Under the pieces are notes generated by a model. It was not told the origin of the DNA, searched no databases, and worked only from the letters and a program-made list of their open reading frames with translations. This document shows, piece after piece, positions 30,223 through 40,385 of a stretch of 64,000 bases of DNA. Made by a program: the position numbers and the translations under genes. The first letter of the stretch is position 1, and the number at the start of each line of letters is the position of its first letter. The stretch comes from an uncultured Chloroflexia bacterium (lineage in GTDB: Bacteria; Chloroflexota; Anaerolineae; Anaerolineales; UBA4823): assembly GCA_963709875.1 (NCBI GenBank), contig CAVPYB010000005.1, positions 56,721 to 120,720 of the forward strand, given 5' to 3'.

Positions 30223-30493
30223 CAGGAAAAATGATCCAGAAGACCAGGATGTCCTGAATAGCTACGAGCGAGGTGAGTGGAAGTCCACTGGGATTCTGGA
30301 TGGTGAACTAAACCGGTATCGAGAGTATGCACGCGAGACATTTCGTAAAGATGCGCGGATCAATATTCGCATCTCATCCAAAGATTTGGTAGCAATTCAA
30401 ACCAGAGCGCTGGAGGAGGGAATACCATACCAAACTTTAATTGCCAGCGTGCTGCATAAGTACATCACCGGCAGGCTGGTTGAAAGCGGCTAA
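30215..30493 (+). CDS. Antitoxin with RHH/CopG-like C-terminus
   Basis: KDARINIRIS..D..A.EEGIPYQTLI.SVLHKY. Confidence 0.88.
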   Translation: MNDRKNDPEDQDVLNSYERGEWKSTGILDGELNRYREYARETFRKDARINIRISSKDLVAIQTRALEEGIPYQTLIASVLHKYITGRLVESG

Positions 30494-30496
30494 GCT

Positions 30497-30865
30497 TTAT
30501 TGGCGCACGAGCAGGTAGACTATCAGGACGATACCTAACAGTAAGACCAGCCCGCCAATCAGGATGGCGATCATGGGAGAATTTCTCCTGCCTGGGAGGT
30601 CATCTGAAGAAGAACTGCGTCGCTGGCTCATGCCCGCGCCGATGGCGACCCCAATAGCCACCCCGATACCAATCCCCAGAGCCAGATTGTCGAATACAAG
30701 CCCCAAAGCCACCCCAAGACCGGCCCCGATGGCGATCCCAACGCCGGTCATGTTCTTCGAATTCGTATCGGGCTGCGGTTCCGGGAGGGAATGGGAGTTG
30801 TCAGCAGGCTCCATGTCCTCACTGGAGGTCCGTTCGGTAATGCGCTCGTCCTGATCTGAGTCCAT
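30497..30865 (-). CDS. Small glycine-zipper membrane protein
   Basis: GxxxG repeats GVGIAIGAGLGVALG..GIGIGVAIG; SD AAAGGA. Confidence 0.7.
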   Translation of the reverse strand: MDSDQDERITERTSSEDMEPADNSHSLPEPQPDTNSKNMTGVGIAIGAGLGVALGLVFDNLALGIGIGVAIGVAIGAGMSQRRSSSSDDLPGRRNSPMIAILIGGLVLLLGIVLIVYLLVRQ

Positions 30866-31317
30866 CTGTGTTCCTTTCTGCGGGGGAGTATTGTTGAAGC
30901 TGATGTCAGGCAATTCGCTGAAAGAAATACGACAAACTCTGTTGCTATTACCAGCGAAATGCTGGCAAAAGGTCATTTTCGAGCAAATCGCCGTTCAAGT
31001 TGGCGCCTATAGTTAAGATTTTTTCGGCGGTTTGCCAATAATATCTTGCGAGAATTATACCAGTCAGGTCTGCTGATGGAATATTGCGTTCCCCCCTTTG
31101 AGCAGTATTTGAAATCCCCAATTTGCGTATAGACATGCGTTTCAGCCAATATGGACAATACTCTTCCGCCTGAGAAGGGTGGGTCATTGGGAGTTGCCGT
31201 GACAGGTGGCAGATGAATCCCTGCACCACGGTGATTCCCAGAGAGCCAGAAGGGTCTCCATCTCATCACGAATACGTGTATAATATTGGTACACTTTGTC
31301 TGGATTTGGAGGGGTCT

Positions 31318-31806
31318 ATGCTCGGTCGCTGGTTTCTATTCATCCACGTTCTTTCCGCGATCACTTTTTTCCTTGCGCACGGTGCCTCAGCTGCGATGAT
31401 CTTCCGCATCCGCAAGGAGATCAACCTGGACCGCATCCGCGCCATGCTGGATCTCTCGGGCGCGCCGACGATGGTTTATATGATCTCCTTTGTGCTGCTG
31501 GTCCTATCCGGTATTGTGATGACCTTCCAGCTGCGGTTGTGGGCGAAAGGCTGGATCTGGGCATCGATTATCTTGCTCGGGTTCGTGTTCTTCTGGATGG
31601 TGCGCATCAGCGAGCCGTATAAGGTGCTGCGCAAGCTGGTCGGGCTGCCGTATATGGTGGGCAACAAGGAGCAGCCGGCAGAGACGCCCGCCAGCGACGA
31701 GGAGATCGCCGAGCACGTGCGCAGTCTGGACGTCAGGCCGGCGGTGGTCGTCGGCTATATCCTGCCTGTCATCGTGCTGTGGCTGATGTTCTTCCGCCCA
31801 TTTTAG
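31318..31806 (+). CDS. DUF2269-like 4-TM membrane protein
   Basis: FLFIHVLSA..HG, WLMFFRPF C-terminus; SD GGAGG. Confidence 0.7.
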   Translation: MLGRWFLFIHVLSAITFFLAHGASAAMIFRIRKEINLDRIRAMLDLSGAPTMVYMISFVLLVLSGIVMTFQLRLWAKGWIWASIILLGFVFFWMVRISEPYKVLRKLVGLPYMVGNKEQPAETPASDEEIAEHVRSLDVRPAVVVGYILPVIVLWLMFFRPF

Positions 31807-32002
31807 CTGGTCATAGTTACTCAGGATAAGTGATGGATTACTGCAGCCAACCTCCCGAAGATATAGATTCCCGTGGGAGGTTTTGCTTAAACACCAGATG
31901 AAAGGAGGCTGTATCGGAGAATTGGAGGTGAAGTGGAGATCGAACGGCATTTGATAGACGAACGGTCGAGATAGAATCATATTTCAGCCAAAGGAGTTAC
32001 AG

Positions 32003-32368
32003 ATGGAGTTTCTAAATATTGGCGGCTTTGACATCCCCCCTGGAAAGAACCGAGAGTTTCAAGCCTGGGTGAGGGAGAATTTCGATGCATTTGCCGCAGC
32101 GATGCCGGAAGGAAACCAATTGGTTGGCATCTATGCATCCATTTTCTCTTCCGAGAAAGAGAGTGGCAGCTATAAAATCGTGGTGCGCCTGGACAACTAC
32201 GGAGCGATGGACACATTCGCCAGTGCGGCAGGGAAAAATCCACAGCTGGCGCGCCTGCTGGAGGAGTTCAGCTCCTTTGGTGATGTGCGCCTGGGTGCCA
32301 ATTTCAGCAACGAGCTGTTGAAATCCGTATCCGATATCACCATCTGGGCGGATAATCCCGAGGAATAA
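32003..32368 (+). CDS. Hypothetical protein (possible dimeric alpha-beta barrel fold)
   Basis: Intact 121-aa ORF with SD AAAGGAG. Confidence 0.65.
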   Translation: MEFLNIGGFDIPPGKNREFQAWVRENFDAFAAAMPEGNQLVGIYASIFSSEKESGSYKIVVRLDNYGAMDTFASAAGKNPQLARLLEEFSSFGDVRLGANFSNELLKSVSDITIWADNPEE

Positions 32369-32462
32369 CAGAAGTCTGCCAGAATAGGCTGCCAGTTGGC
32401 ACAGGTGACGGTGTAATCACGCTGTCACCTGTCACCGGCTGTACAGGAAAAGGAGGACAGCT

Positions 32463-32570
32463 ATGGCGAAGATACTGGTCCATTTAACCCACGGTCCTGA
32501 GCATCCCACACGGGCCGCGCTGGCTTTCCTGGTTCGGATAAAACTTGACCTTCAACGATCAATTCTCTGA
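32463..32570 (+). pseudogene. 5' remnant of a DsrE-family gene
   Basis: SD AGGAGG then MAKILVHLTHGPEHPTRAALAFLV, cut off after ~24 codons. Confidence 0.6.
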
Positions 32571-33303
32571 GCTGGCTGGGGAATATTCGCGCTACCGGCC
32601 CGGCTATCCTCGAGAGCTCTTCAAATATCTGGCTTCGATCAGTCCTTCAAATGATCTGGCCTGGGATTGCGGCACCGGGAGCGGGCAGGCAGCCGTGGCA
32701 CTTGCCGGTCATTTCCGGCGCGTGATCGCCACCGACGCTAGTCGGGAGCAAATTGCCAACGCGTTCCAGCACCCAATGGTGGACTACCGAGTGGAGCCTG
32801 CTGAGAATACGTCAATCGAGCGTGGCTCGGTTGACCTGGTGACTGTAGGAACGGCGGTTCACTGGTTCGATTTCGATGCTTTCTATGCCGAAGTGCGCCG
32901 TGTCGCCAGGCCGGGTGCAGTCATAGCAGTATGGACGTATTACTTTCCGAGAATTACACCTGGTCTGGTGCGCCTGCTGGATCGCTACTACCGCGAGACC
33001 CTGGGTGGATACTGGGACGACCGGCTGCACTATCTGGACGAGCACTACCGGACACTGCCTTTCCCTTTCGATGAAATACAGCCACCAGTTTTCGAAATGC
33101 AAGCGGACTGGGACTTGCGCATGCTGCTGGGGTTCCTGGCAAGCTGGTCCGCCACGCTGAAGTTCATCGCCGCTAAAGGTGTGCATCCGATAGAGCTGAT
33201 CATAGATGACCTGAGGGCGGAATGGGGGGATGATGAACAAGTACGCCGGATAATATGGCCGATGCATCTCAGGGTTGGTATAATATCCCCCGATGACAGC
33301 TAA
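32545..33303 (+). CDS. Class I SAM-dependent methyltransferase
   Basis: YSRYRPGYP, AWDCGTGSGQAA, AVHWFD. Confidence 0.92.
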   Translation: MTFNDQFSELAGEYSRYRPGYPRELFKYLASISPSNDLAWDCGTGSGQAAVALAGHFRRVIATDASREQIANAFQHPMVDYRVEPAENTSIERGSVDLVTVGTAVHWFDFDAFYAEVRRVARPGAVIAVWTYYFPRITPGLVRLLDRYYRETLGGYWDDRLHYLDEHYRTLPFPFDEIQPPVFEMQADWDLRMLLGFLASWSATLKFIAAKGVHPIELIIDDLRAEWGDDEQVRRIIWPMHLRVGIISPDDS

Positions 33304-33637
33304 AGTGACCCTGTACGGCCACACTACCTGCCCTTATGTACCCCCGGTGCGCGGCATGCTCTCCCAGGCGAATGTGGATTACGAATATATCAATATCCGC
33401 CAGCACCCAGAGGCGGCACTGCGAGTGCGCGAGATCAACAGCGGCTACGAAAGCGTGCCAACCCTGGTCTTCCCGGACGGCAGCACGCTGACCGAGCCCT
33501 CCGCCGGGCAGCTCAGGAACAAGCTCGAGTCACTCGGCTATCGCGTTGGACCTCTGGCCTGGCTTGTTGGGAACTTGTGGGTTGTGCTGGTCGTGCTGGC
33601 TGTTATACTGGCGATTTTACGGATGCTGGCGATTTAG
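33293..33637 (+). CDS. Glutaredoxin/mycoredoxin-like protein with C-terminal TM helix
   Basis: TLYG...CPYV, SVPTLVFPDGSTLTEPS; hydrophobic tail. Confidence 0.8.
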   Translation: MTAKVTLYGHTTCPYVPPVRGMLSQANVDYEYINIRQHPEAALRVREINSGYESVPTLVFPDGSTLTEPSAGQLRNKLESLGYRVGPLAWLVGNLWVVLVVLAVILAILRMLAI

Positions 33638-33640
33638 GGG

Positions 33641-33688
33641 ATAAGGCAACTAGGCAATAAGGCAAGAAGGCTACAAGGCAACAAGGAG
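33641..33688 (+). repeat. Six degenerate AnAAGGCA octamers after stop codon
   Basis: ataaggca actaggca ataaggca agaaggct acaaggca acaaggag. Confidence 0.8.
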
Positions 33689-33810
33689 ATCAGGGAGGTA
33701 GGGGAAAAGGGAATTCGCCGCCAGGTGAACTATGTAGTTCCTTTTTATGGTTTCCTGGGTGCCTCGTTCCTTGGTAACCAATTTACCTAATTGCCCAAAG
33801 ACCCAATTGC

Positions 33811-34575
33811 CTACTTCCTACTTCCTAATTCCTCCTCACTCGCCCCTTTACGCCCCAGGAATACCACGTCCCCCGGAGGCACTTCGCTGTGCACGAAGGG
33901 TCTGGTCTCCGCCTGGAAGCCGGCTTCGGCGATCAGGCGCAGCCAGGTCTCGGTGGAGAACAGCCCGAACTCGTGCCGGTCGTGCTCGCAGCGTATCGAG
34001 CCATCCGCTTCACGCAGCAGGTAAGCGAAATCCACCTGGTAGGTGCTGTCCGCAGGGTCGGGATCCCAGGTCCACTCCAGGTAGCGCATTGAGCGCTCTG
34101 GTCCATCGTGACCGCCCTTATCCGTGCTGAGCTTGAAGTTCTCCAGGGTGGTGTCGGGGTGGAATAGCGCTGTTCCATCTGGGCGGCAATGCGTATAGGC
34201 AGTAATTAGCGCCTGCAGAAGGTCCTCTTCGCTGGTCAGGTAGACGATGGCGTCGTGGATGAAGACGGCGTCGAACTGGCGCTCCAGGCGCACGCTGCGC
34301 ATGTCGCCCTGGATGTGCTCCAGCTCGGGGTTGAGCGCCTGGCTGACGGCCAGCATTCCCGGCGAGAGATCGACCAGGGTCATCCGGAAGTGCTGCTTCA
34401 AGTGGCTGGCGTTGTTCCCGCCGCCGGAGCCCAGCTCCAGCAGGCTGCTGCCTGCGGGGATGCCGGTTTCCAACAGTATATTGCGATAGAATGCGGCCTC
34501 TTCTGCGTATTCCTCCGGTGAGGAGAGCAGCGGCCACCAGGGAGCCAGGTCAGCGTATAGTCGCGGGGGTGTCAT
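33811..34575 (-). CDS. Class I SAM-dependent methyltransferase
   Basis: LY.DLAPWWPL, LLELGSGGG, QGDMR, FDAVFIHDA. Confidence 0.92.
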   Translation of the reverse strand: MTPPRLYADLAPWWPLLSSPEEYAEEAAFYRNILLETGIPAGSSLLELGSGGGNNASHLKQHFRMTLVDLSPGMLAVSQALNPELEHIQGDMRSVRLERQFDAVFIHDAIVYLTSEEDLLQALITAYTHCRPDGTALFHPDTTLENFKLSTDKGGHDGPERSMRYLEWTWDPDPADSTYQVDFAYLLREADGSIRCEHDRHEFGLFSTETWLRLIAEAGFQAETRPFVHSEVPPGDVVFLGRKGASEEELGSRK

Positions 34576-34600
34576 AATCTTCGGCATCCTGAATTGAGGA

Positions 34601-35864
34601 TCACAGATAGCGCAGCCACACATAAACGCTGGCGATGATCAGCGACACGAACGTTGTCACCAGACCATAGCGCAGGAAGGTACCAAAGCCGATCTGGTAT
34701 CCGCTGCGGGTGGCCAGGTTGGCGACGACCACATTGGCAGATGCCCCGACCAGGGTGGCATTGCCGCCCAGGCAGGCGCCCAATGCCAGCGACCACCACA
34801 GTGGCATGATGGGCATGGCACTCCCGAGATTTTCAACGATCGGTATCATCGTGGCAGTATAGGGGATGTTATCGATAATGCCGGAAGCAATGGAGGACAT
34901 CCAGATCAGCAGCATGGATGTGTACGCCAGGTTACCACCCGTGAACTCCAGGAGAGCCAGGCTGACTGTATCGATGATCCCCACAGTCACCACCGCCTCA
35001 ACCATGATGAACAATCCGATAAAGAAGAACAGCGTTGTCCACTCCACATCCCGTAGCGCATGGTGGACATCGCTGCGAGCCCACAGCAGCAGCAGCGTCG
35101 CGCCGGTCAGGGCGATCGTGGCCGGCTCGATATGCAATGCACCGTGGAACAGAAAGCCGAAGATCATCATAAAGGTGATCACTGCGCCTTTAGCAAGCAG
35201 CTTTTTATCGGTGATCAATGCTGTCGTATCCAGGGCGTTGATATCCAGCGAAACAGCCCCGTTTATGCTCAGATTCGCGCCGGAATAAGAACCAGCTCAG
35301 GCCGACGAATACCACCAGGATGGCAATTGCTGGCGGCGCCATATTCAATGCAAATGTAGAAAATGGGATATCAGCCGCACTGCCGATAAGGATGTTCGGT
35401 GGGTCGCCGATGAGTGTGGCAGACCCACCGATATTCGAGGCCAGGATCTCTGCGATGAGGAATGGCACCGGGCTGACTTTTAAGCTGGCGGCAGTAAATA
35501 GAGTTACCGGGGCTACCAGGATCACGATGGTCACGTTATCCAGCAGCGCAGACGCGACTGCTGTCACCAGGGATAAGATCACCAGGATGCGGAAGGGCTG
35601 GCCGCGCCCCAGCTGGACCGCTTTAACCGCGATCCATTGGAATATGCCGGTCTCTCGCAGCAGGTTGGCGATAATCATCATACCTGCCAGCAAGAAGATC
35701 ACGTTCAAGTCGATGGAATGGAAGGCGGTCTCCTGGTCGATTGCACCGATCAGGATCATCATGATCCCCCCTAACAAGGCTATGACAGTACGGTCGATAC
35801 GTTCTGAGACGATGACTGCATATGTCGCCAGGAAAATTCCTCCGACAATCCAGACCAGGCTCAT
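34601..35864 (-). CDS. ArsB/NhaD (P-protein-like) family transporter, frameshift near 35275
   Basis: SALLDNVT, ASNIGGSATLIGDPPN, VEWTTLFFF, IIDNIPY, LGGNATLVGASAN. Confidence 0.9.
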
Positions 35865-36760
35865 TCTTCGCCCTCTTCCGGAAAGGCATCCTGGTCGAAC
35901 TCCAGGCATACCGCCATTAATTCCAGCAGATTGACATAACCGATGATGTGATACTGGTCATCGACAACCGGCAGCCCCGGGACGCGATTTTCGTGCATGC
36001 GTTCGAAGGCTTCTTTGATCCGATCATCCATTTTTACCCAGACCGGGTCCTGCATGGAGTCTGCCGCAGTTCGCTTACGGCTCTCATCGGCATAGCGCAT
36101 AACGTCCTCGAGAGAGGTGATCTCGCTGAGGAATTCTTCCGGGTCGATATGGAAGAAGACGTCATTGGCAAGCTCGTTGAGGTTGAGCAGACCGAGCAGC
36201 CGTCCATTCTTGTCCACGACACAGGCGACGTGTGTTGTGGGGTGCAAGAACATCTCTTTCGCCACGTCCTGCAGGGATGTATCAGGGCTCACGATGGTTG
36301 GTGCTAGCGTGAGGCAATCCAGCACTTCAGACACCTTGGTATTGCGGTGTAGAGACCAGCTTGATTGCAGGATCGGGGCTGGCTCGACCACCTTCTGCTT
36401 GGGTCTGGTTTTGTATATGCCGCGGGTCAGGTGGATGGGCAGCACCATGATTATGCCGCTGTTTGGTCGGTCGAGCCCATCCATGACCCGTTCTGCCTCG
36501 GCGACTGCCTGCTCCATCAGGCTCTCCTCCTCGATTGCCGCCATCAGCGTCCGGCGGGTGAGCTCCTCAGTCTCGAACAGCCGGTCCAAGAAATCCAGAC
36601 CGACCTGGCTGAGCCAGGAGGTCGTCCGGTAGCCGCCGGTGCTCTCCAGGATCGTCACACCTGGCACACCAATCTCCCGCCAGACCTTCAAGATCTGTGG
36701 TAGGCGGTTAACGTCGTCCAATATGAGCATGACTAAATATGACATAAGCTTGATCTCCAT
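35861..36760 (-). CDS. PII-like domain fused to CBS domain pair
   Basis: N-terminal W..IGVPGVTILESTG...LDRPNSGI; C-terminal VVD..GRLLG and LPVVD..IIG. Confidence 0.8.
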   Translation of the reverse strand: MEIKLMSYLVMLILDDVNRLPQILKVWREIGVPGVTILESTGGYRTTSWLSQVGLDFLDRLFETEELTRRTLMAAIEEESLMEQAVAEAERVMDGLDRPNSGIIMVLPIHLTRGIYKTRPKQKVVEPAPILQSSWSLHRNTKVSEVLDCLTLAPTIVSPDTSLQDVAKEMFLHPTTHVACVVDKNGRLLGLLNLNELANDVFFHIDPEEFLSEITSLEDVMRYADESRKRTAADSMQDPVWVKMDDRIKEAFERMHENRVPGLPVVDDQYHIIGYVNLLELMAVCLEFDQDAFPEEGEE

Positions 36761-36782
36761 CGAATTGTAAGATGGTTCCGGG

Positions 36783-37868
36783 TTAGTCCTCGGGTATCTT
36801 TTGCAGGTAATCAGTAGCGATGCGGTTGGAAAGCACCAGGATCAGCGCAGTGATGATTGTGGCAACAACGACTAAAATCGGCTGCTCGAGAGCATCCCGC
36901 GGCCAGAGCAGCAGAGCCGGCAGCAGGAATACAGCCACACGTACGACTGCCTGCCACAGGGATTTTAGATGTATGAAAGAGGGCAATCCCAGCCGCATGC
37001 CAACCCAGATAGCGAGGACGCCCATTAGCAGGCCGATTGCAAGCTCGATGAGCAGCCGAATCGAGAGAGCCTGATGGGTCTGCCAGCCCAAGAACAAGAA
37101 CAGGATCAGCAGCGAGCCGAAGCCTGCCCACGAGTTCAGCGGCTGTGGGGTCAGCCTTCCTTGACCCCAAAACCCTTTGTATAGACCTATTCCCACGAAG
37201 CAGATGAGAGCGACCAGGGTCGCGCTCACCGCAGAAGCACCCATCAGGTATGCCAGCCAGTAGGCGGCATACAACTGACCAAGCGCCAGCCAATTGCGGA
37301 TGGCGGGCGGACGGTCCCTGGAGAGGTAGTATGCAAGCAAGGCGATTGCGACACCAATAGCAGCTCCGCTGAAGACATTTCCGAGGTATTGCCCTGGAGT
37401 TTCCAAAGTAGGTACAGTTTCTACCAATAAGATAATCAAGATCAATGGGCCGACCTGGCTGAAGTAGCTGGAAGAGCTCTCGGATTCCCCAGCCCGCCAG
37501 ATTACACTGGCGACGATCAAGCCGAAGAGCATGGCACCTGGCCAGAGCCGCACGTCACCGATGGCAAACAGCAGGCTGTACAGGCTTACGAGGATCAGCC
37601 AATAGAGTACACCGATATAGCTGCTCTGCCAGTCGCTGTAGAAGATGCGGCGGGCATTCTGCCAGAGCAGAAGCGGGATGCTAAACCCAATGATCATGTC
37701 CCAGGGGAGATTTACCTTAATTTGCGAGGGGATGAAGGCAAGCAGCAGCCCCACGGCGATTAAAATGATGGACAGCAATCGGTTGGGTGGTTTGGCGTTG
37801 ATCAGTCCCAAAAGGATTAGCAGTAAGAACAACGATATCGACAGGTCAACCATGCCATCTCCAGCCAA
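36783..37868 (-). CDS. Multi-pass membrane protein, distantly CPA1 antiporter-like
   Basis: ~12 TMs; IPLLLW, YWLAY.MGAS pattern. Confidence 0.55.
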   Translation of the reverse strand: MAGDGMVDLSISLFLLLILLGLINAKPPNRLLSIILIAVGLLLAFIPSQIKVNLPWDMIIGFSIPLLLWQNARRIFYSDWQSSYIGVLYWLILVSLYSLLFAIGDVRLWPGAMLFGLIVASVIWRAGESESSSSYFSQVGPLILIILLVETVPTLETPGQYLGNVFSGAAIGVAIALLAYYLSRDRPPAIRNWLALGQLYAAYWLAYLMGASAVSATLVALICFVGIGLYKGFWGQGRLTPQPLNSWAGFGSLLILFLFLGWQTHQALSIRLLIELAIGLLMGVLAIWVGMRLGLPSFIHLKSLWQAVVRVAVFLLPALLLWPRDALEQPILVVVATIITALILVLSNRIATDYLQKIPED

Positions 37869-37938
37869 TATTGATATTGCCAGATAGTTTCCACCCTATT
37901 GTATTATAGAATTAGATCGAACGAAATAACCGCGGAAG

Positions 37939-37974
37939 AAGCCCCTCTCTTGATCTATATCAGGAGAGGGGCTT
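37939..37974. terminator. Hairpin terminator after the multiheme gene
   Basis: aagcccctctcttgat..atcaggagaggggctt. Confidence 0.7.
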
Positions 37975-37978
37975 GGGT

Positions 37979-40379
37979 TCACCGGACGGTGGGCTGATGA
38001 GGGCGGCGCCATGTGGGGGGCGGCTCGTCGTCTTTCCAGCTCGAATTGTAGCTCGTCAAGATCAGGCGCATCGTCTGGTCAAACACACGTGTGATGACCT
38101 GCAGATAGCTCTCCCCAGGTGGTGTCCCGGAGCCGGCCAGCGGTGCCGGGGTGAGCCCGGACAGGCAGATCGTGCTCACGGGCAGCGGCAGGGGGGTCAG
38201 ACCTGGCCGCGGCATGATCCCGGGCTGGGGGGTCGGGGTGGGTATGAGTTTCGGGTCCCGCGGCTGCAAGGCGGGTGTCTGCGTGGGGTAGGCGGTCAGG
38301 GTGGTGACAGGGTCCGGCTGCAGGGTGCCGACGACCGGCGTCAGCGCTGCCGTGGGATCGACGTCCGATGGCGGGAGCGTTGGTGTGCTGGCAAGCCCCA
38401 GGGTGGGCGTGGGCTGTGGCGTCGGTGTGGCAGTCTGCTGCGGTGTGGCAGTTGGCGCGGGGGTGGCGGACTGACCGGGCTTCGTCCTCGGGGTAGGCGT
38501 GTTGGTATAGGTCGGCGATACCGACAGCGTTGCGGTAGGTGTGAGGATGATCCGCCAGGTATCGGTGGTGTGGCATTTCGAGCACTGGCCGCGCGGGTGC
38601 CCTTGCGGGTGTGCGTGGCAGGCGTTGCAGGTGGTGTAGCCGGTGTGGTTGAAAGTGTAGTCCGACCAATCTGTGGTGGTGTGGCAGTCGCTGCAGGCTC
38701 CAGGCCAGTGCCCGCTGGGGGCGGTATGGCAGGTGCTGCATTGGGTATAACCGGAATGGTCGAATTCGACGGCATACCACTCAACTGTATTATGGCACTT
38801 GGAGCACTGCCCGCCGTAGTGCCCGGCGGGTGGCGCATGGCATGCAAAGCAGTCGCTGGTGCTGGAGTGGTAGCGGGAGGCATTCTCCCAACTGTTCACG
38901 TCGTGACAGGCGTAGCAGTCGTCGCTGTAGTGGCTGTCCGGCTCGTCTGCGGCATGGCAGTCGATGCAGTACAGGTAGCCAAGGTGGTCGAAGCTGGTTG
39001 CACCCCAATCCTCGAAGTTGTGGCAGGTGGAACAGGTCCCCGGGTAGTGTCCACCAGGAGGATTGTGGCAGGTGGCGCACTCCCTGACCTCCGAATGGTT
39101 GTAAGAGATCAGCCGCCAGCCACGGGTGGTGTGGCAGGTAGAACAGCTGCCGCTGTAATGGTTATCCGGGCTGGAGTGGCATCCCTGGCAGTCACCGGCA
39201 TTGCTGTGGTAGAAATCATCCGGCACCCAAGTGCGGGTGTTGTGGCACTGGCTGCAGTCCCCGCTGTAGTGCCCGGAGGGTTTGGAGTGGCAGGTGGTGC
39301 AGGATATTGGCAATACATGGTTGTAGCGGTGTACTTCCCATGCAACGGTGGTGTGGCAGAGCGAGCACTGGCCCGGCTGGCTGCCCAGGATATGACCGTC
39401 CGGCACTTGCGTGCTGTGGCAGAGCAGGCAGTCTTCCAGGTGCTCGTGGTTGACGATGGCATCCGGCCAGTAGTCGTAGTTCGAGTGGCAGTCCGTGCAG
39501 CGCCCCGGATAGTGGTTCTCAGGCAGCTGGTCCAGGTGGCAGGATTCGCATTCCAGGACGTATTCATGCCCGAAGTAGGCCTCGCTCCAATCGGTGGTGC
39601 TGGTATGGCATAGCTGGCAGTCGCCGGGGTAGTGGTCGGGGTCGTGGATGACCTCCACGAAGCTCAGCATCTCATACAGCGACAGGAAGATCGGGTCCGG
39701 CTCGATGCGCACCAGGGGGATATCCCCGGCGTGGCATGAGATGCACTCATAAATCCCCTTATGGTCGAAGGAGACCGGCTTCCAGCTTCCGGAGTCGTGG
39801 CATTCTTCACAGCGATCGCCGAAGTGGTCTGGATATAAGTCGTTGGCCAGAGCGGGATCCGGCTGCTCGACCCGCTTGTAAATCTCGACGAAAGCGCGGT
39901 CGAGCAGCTCATCGGCGGTGAGCGGGATGCCGTGGCAGGATTCACAGGTAGAACTGGTGCCCGTGTAGCGCCCATCGCCGTGGCAGTTCAGGCATTGCGA
40001 ATCGTCGTGACTTCCGTCCAGCGGGAAGTCTTGATGGGAGACCGGTTTATCCAGGAAGGGGACCACCTCGGGTGAGACGTTGGGCGGTGACTCGCCCAAC
40101 GGGCTGGCCGGAGTGCCGGTGGGGATAGCCGGTCCGCCATCCCCACTGCCTGACTGGAGCAGGTCGCCGGAGGTGCTGACCAGACCTGCGAGGCGCAGTG
40201 TGGATGAGCGCGATCTGAGCAGACGCCGGACTGCCGCTGGAGGCTGCCAGCATCTGCGGGCTGTCACTGGAGGCATTCAGACCGTCGATGATATTACACA
40301 GGCGTTCTGTCCAGCCGGCTGCCAGCAGGGCAGTGACCAGCAGGAACAGGATCAACCAGATGATAAGCGGGTGTTTCAT
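37979..40379 (-). CDS. Large multiheme c-type cytochrome (23 CxxCH) with N-terminal anchor and Pro/Thr-rich tail; frameshift near 40200
   Basis: 23 CxxCH counted in ORF 37979..40276; N-terminal TM/signal in ORF 40047..40379. Confidence 0.9.
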
Positions 40380-40385
40380 GGCAGC

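Noticed and set aside
30900-31310. Short ORFs or ncRNA in the AT-richer intergenic gap
   Set aside because: No SD-supported ORF with recognisable motifs and no identifiable RNA family; cannot be supported by eye.
115-33840. CRISPR array from the short repeats
   Set aside because: Repeats are contiguous 7-, 8- or 21-bp units without unique spacers, and no cas genes are present.
3500-34600. Integron cassette array
   Set aside because: Gene content is cassette-like, but there is no intI tyrosine recombinase and no recurring attC-like RYYYAAC...GTTRRRY hairpins; many genes overlap directly.
37973-39613. 546-aa + strand ORF and other long antisense ORFs (24445..25614, 51535..52410, 10649..11530)
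   Set aside because: GC-rich antisense shadows of well-supported genes, with no recognisable motifs.
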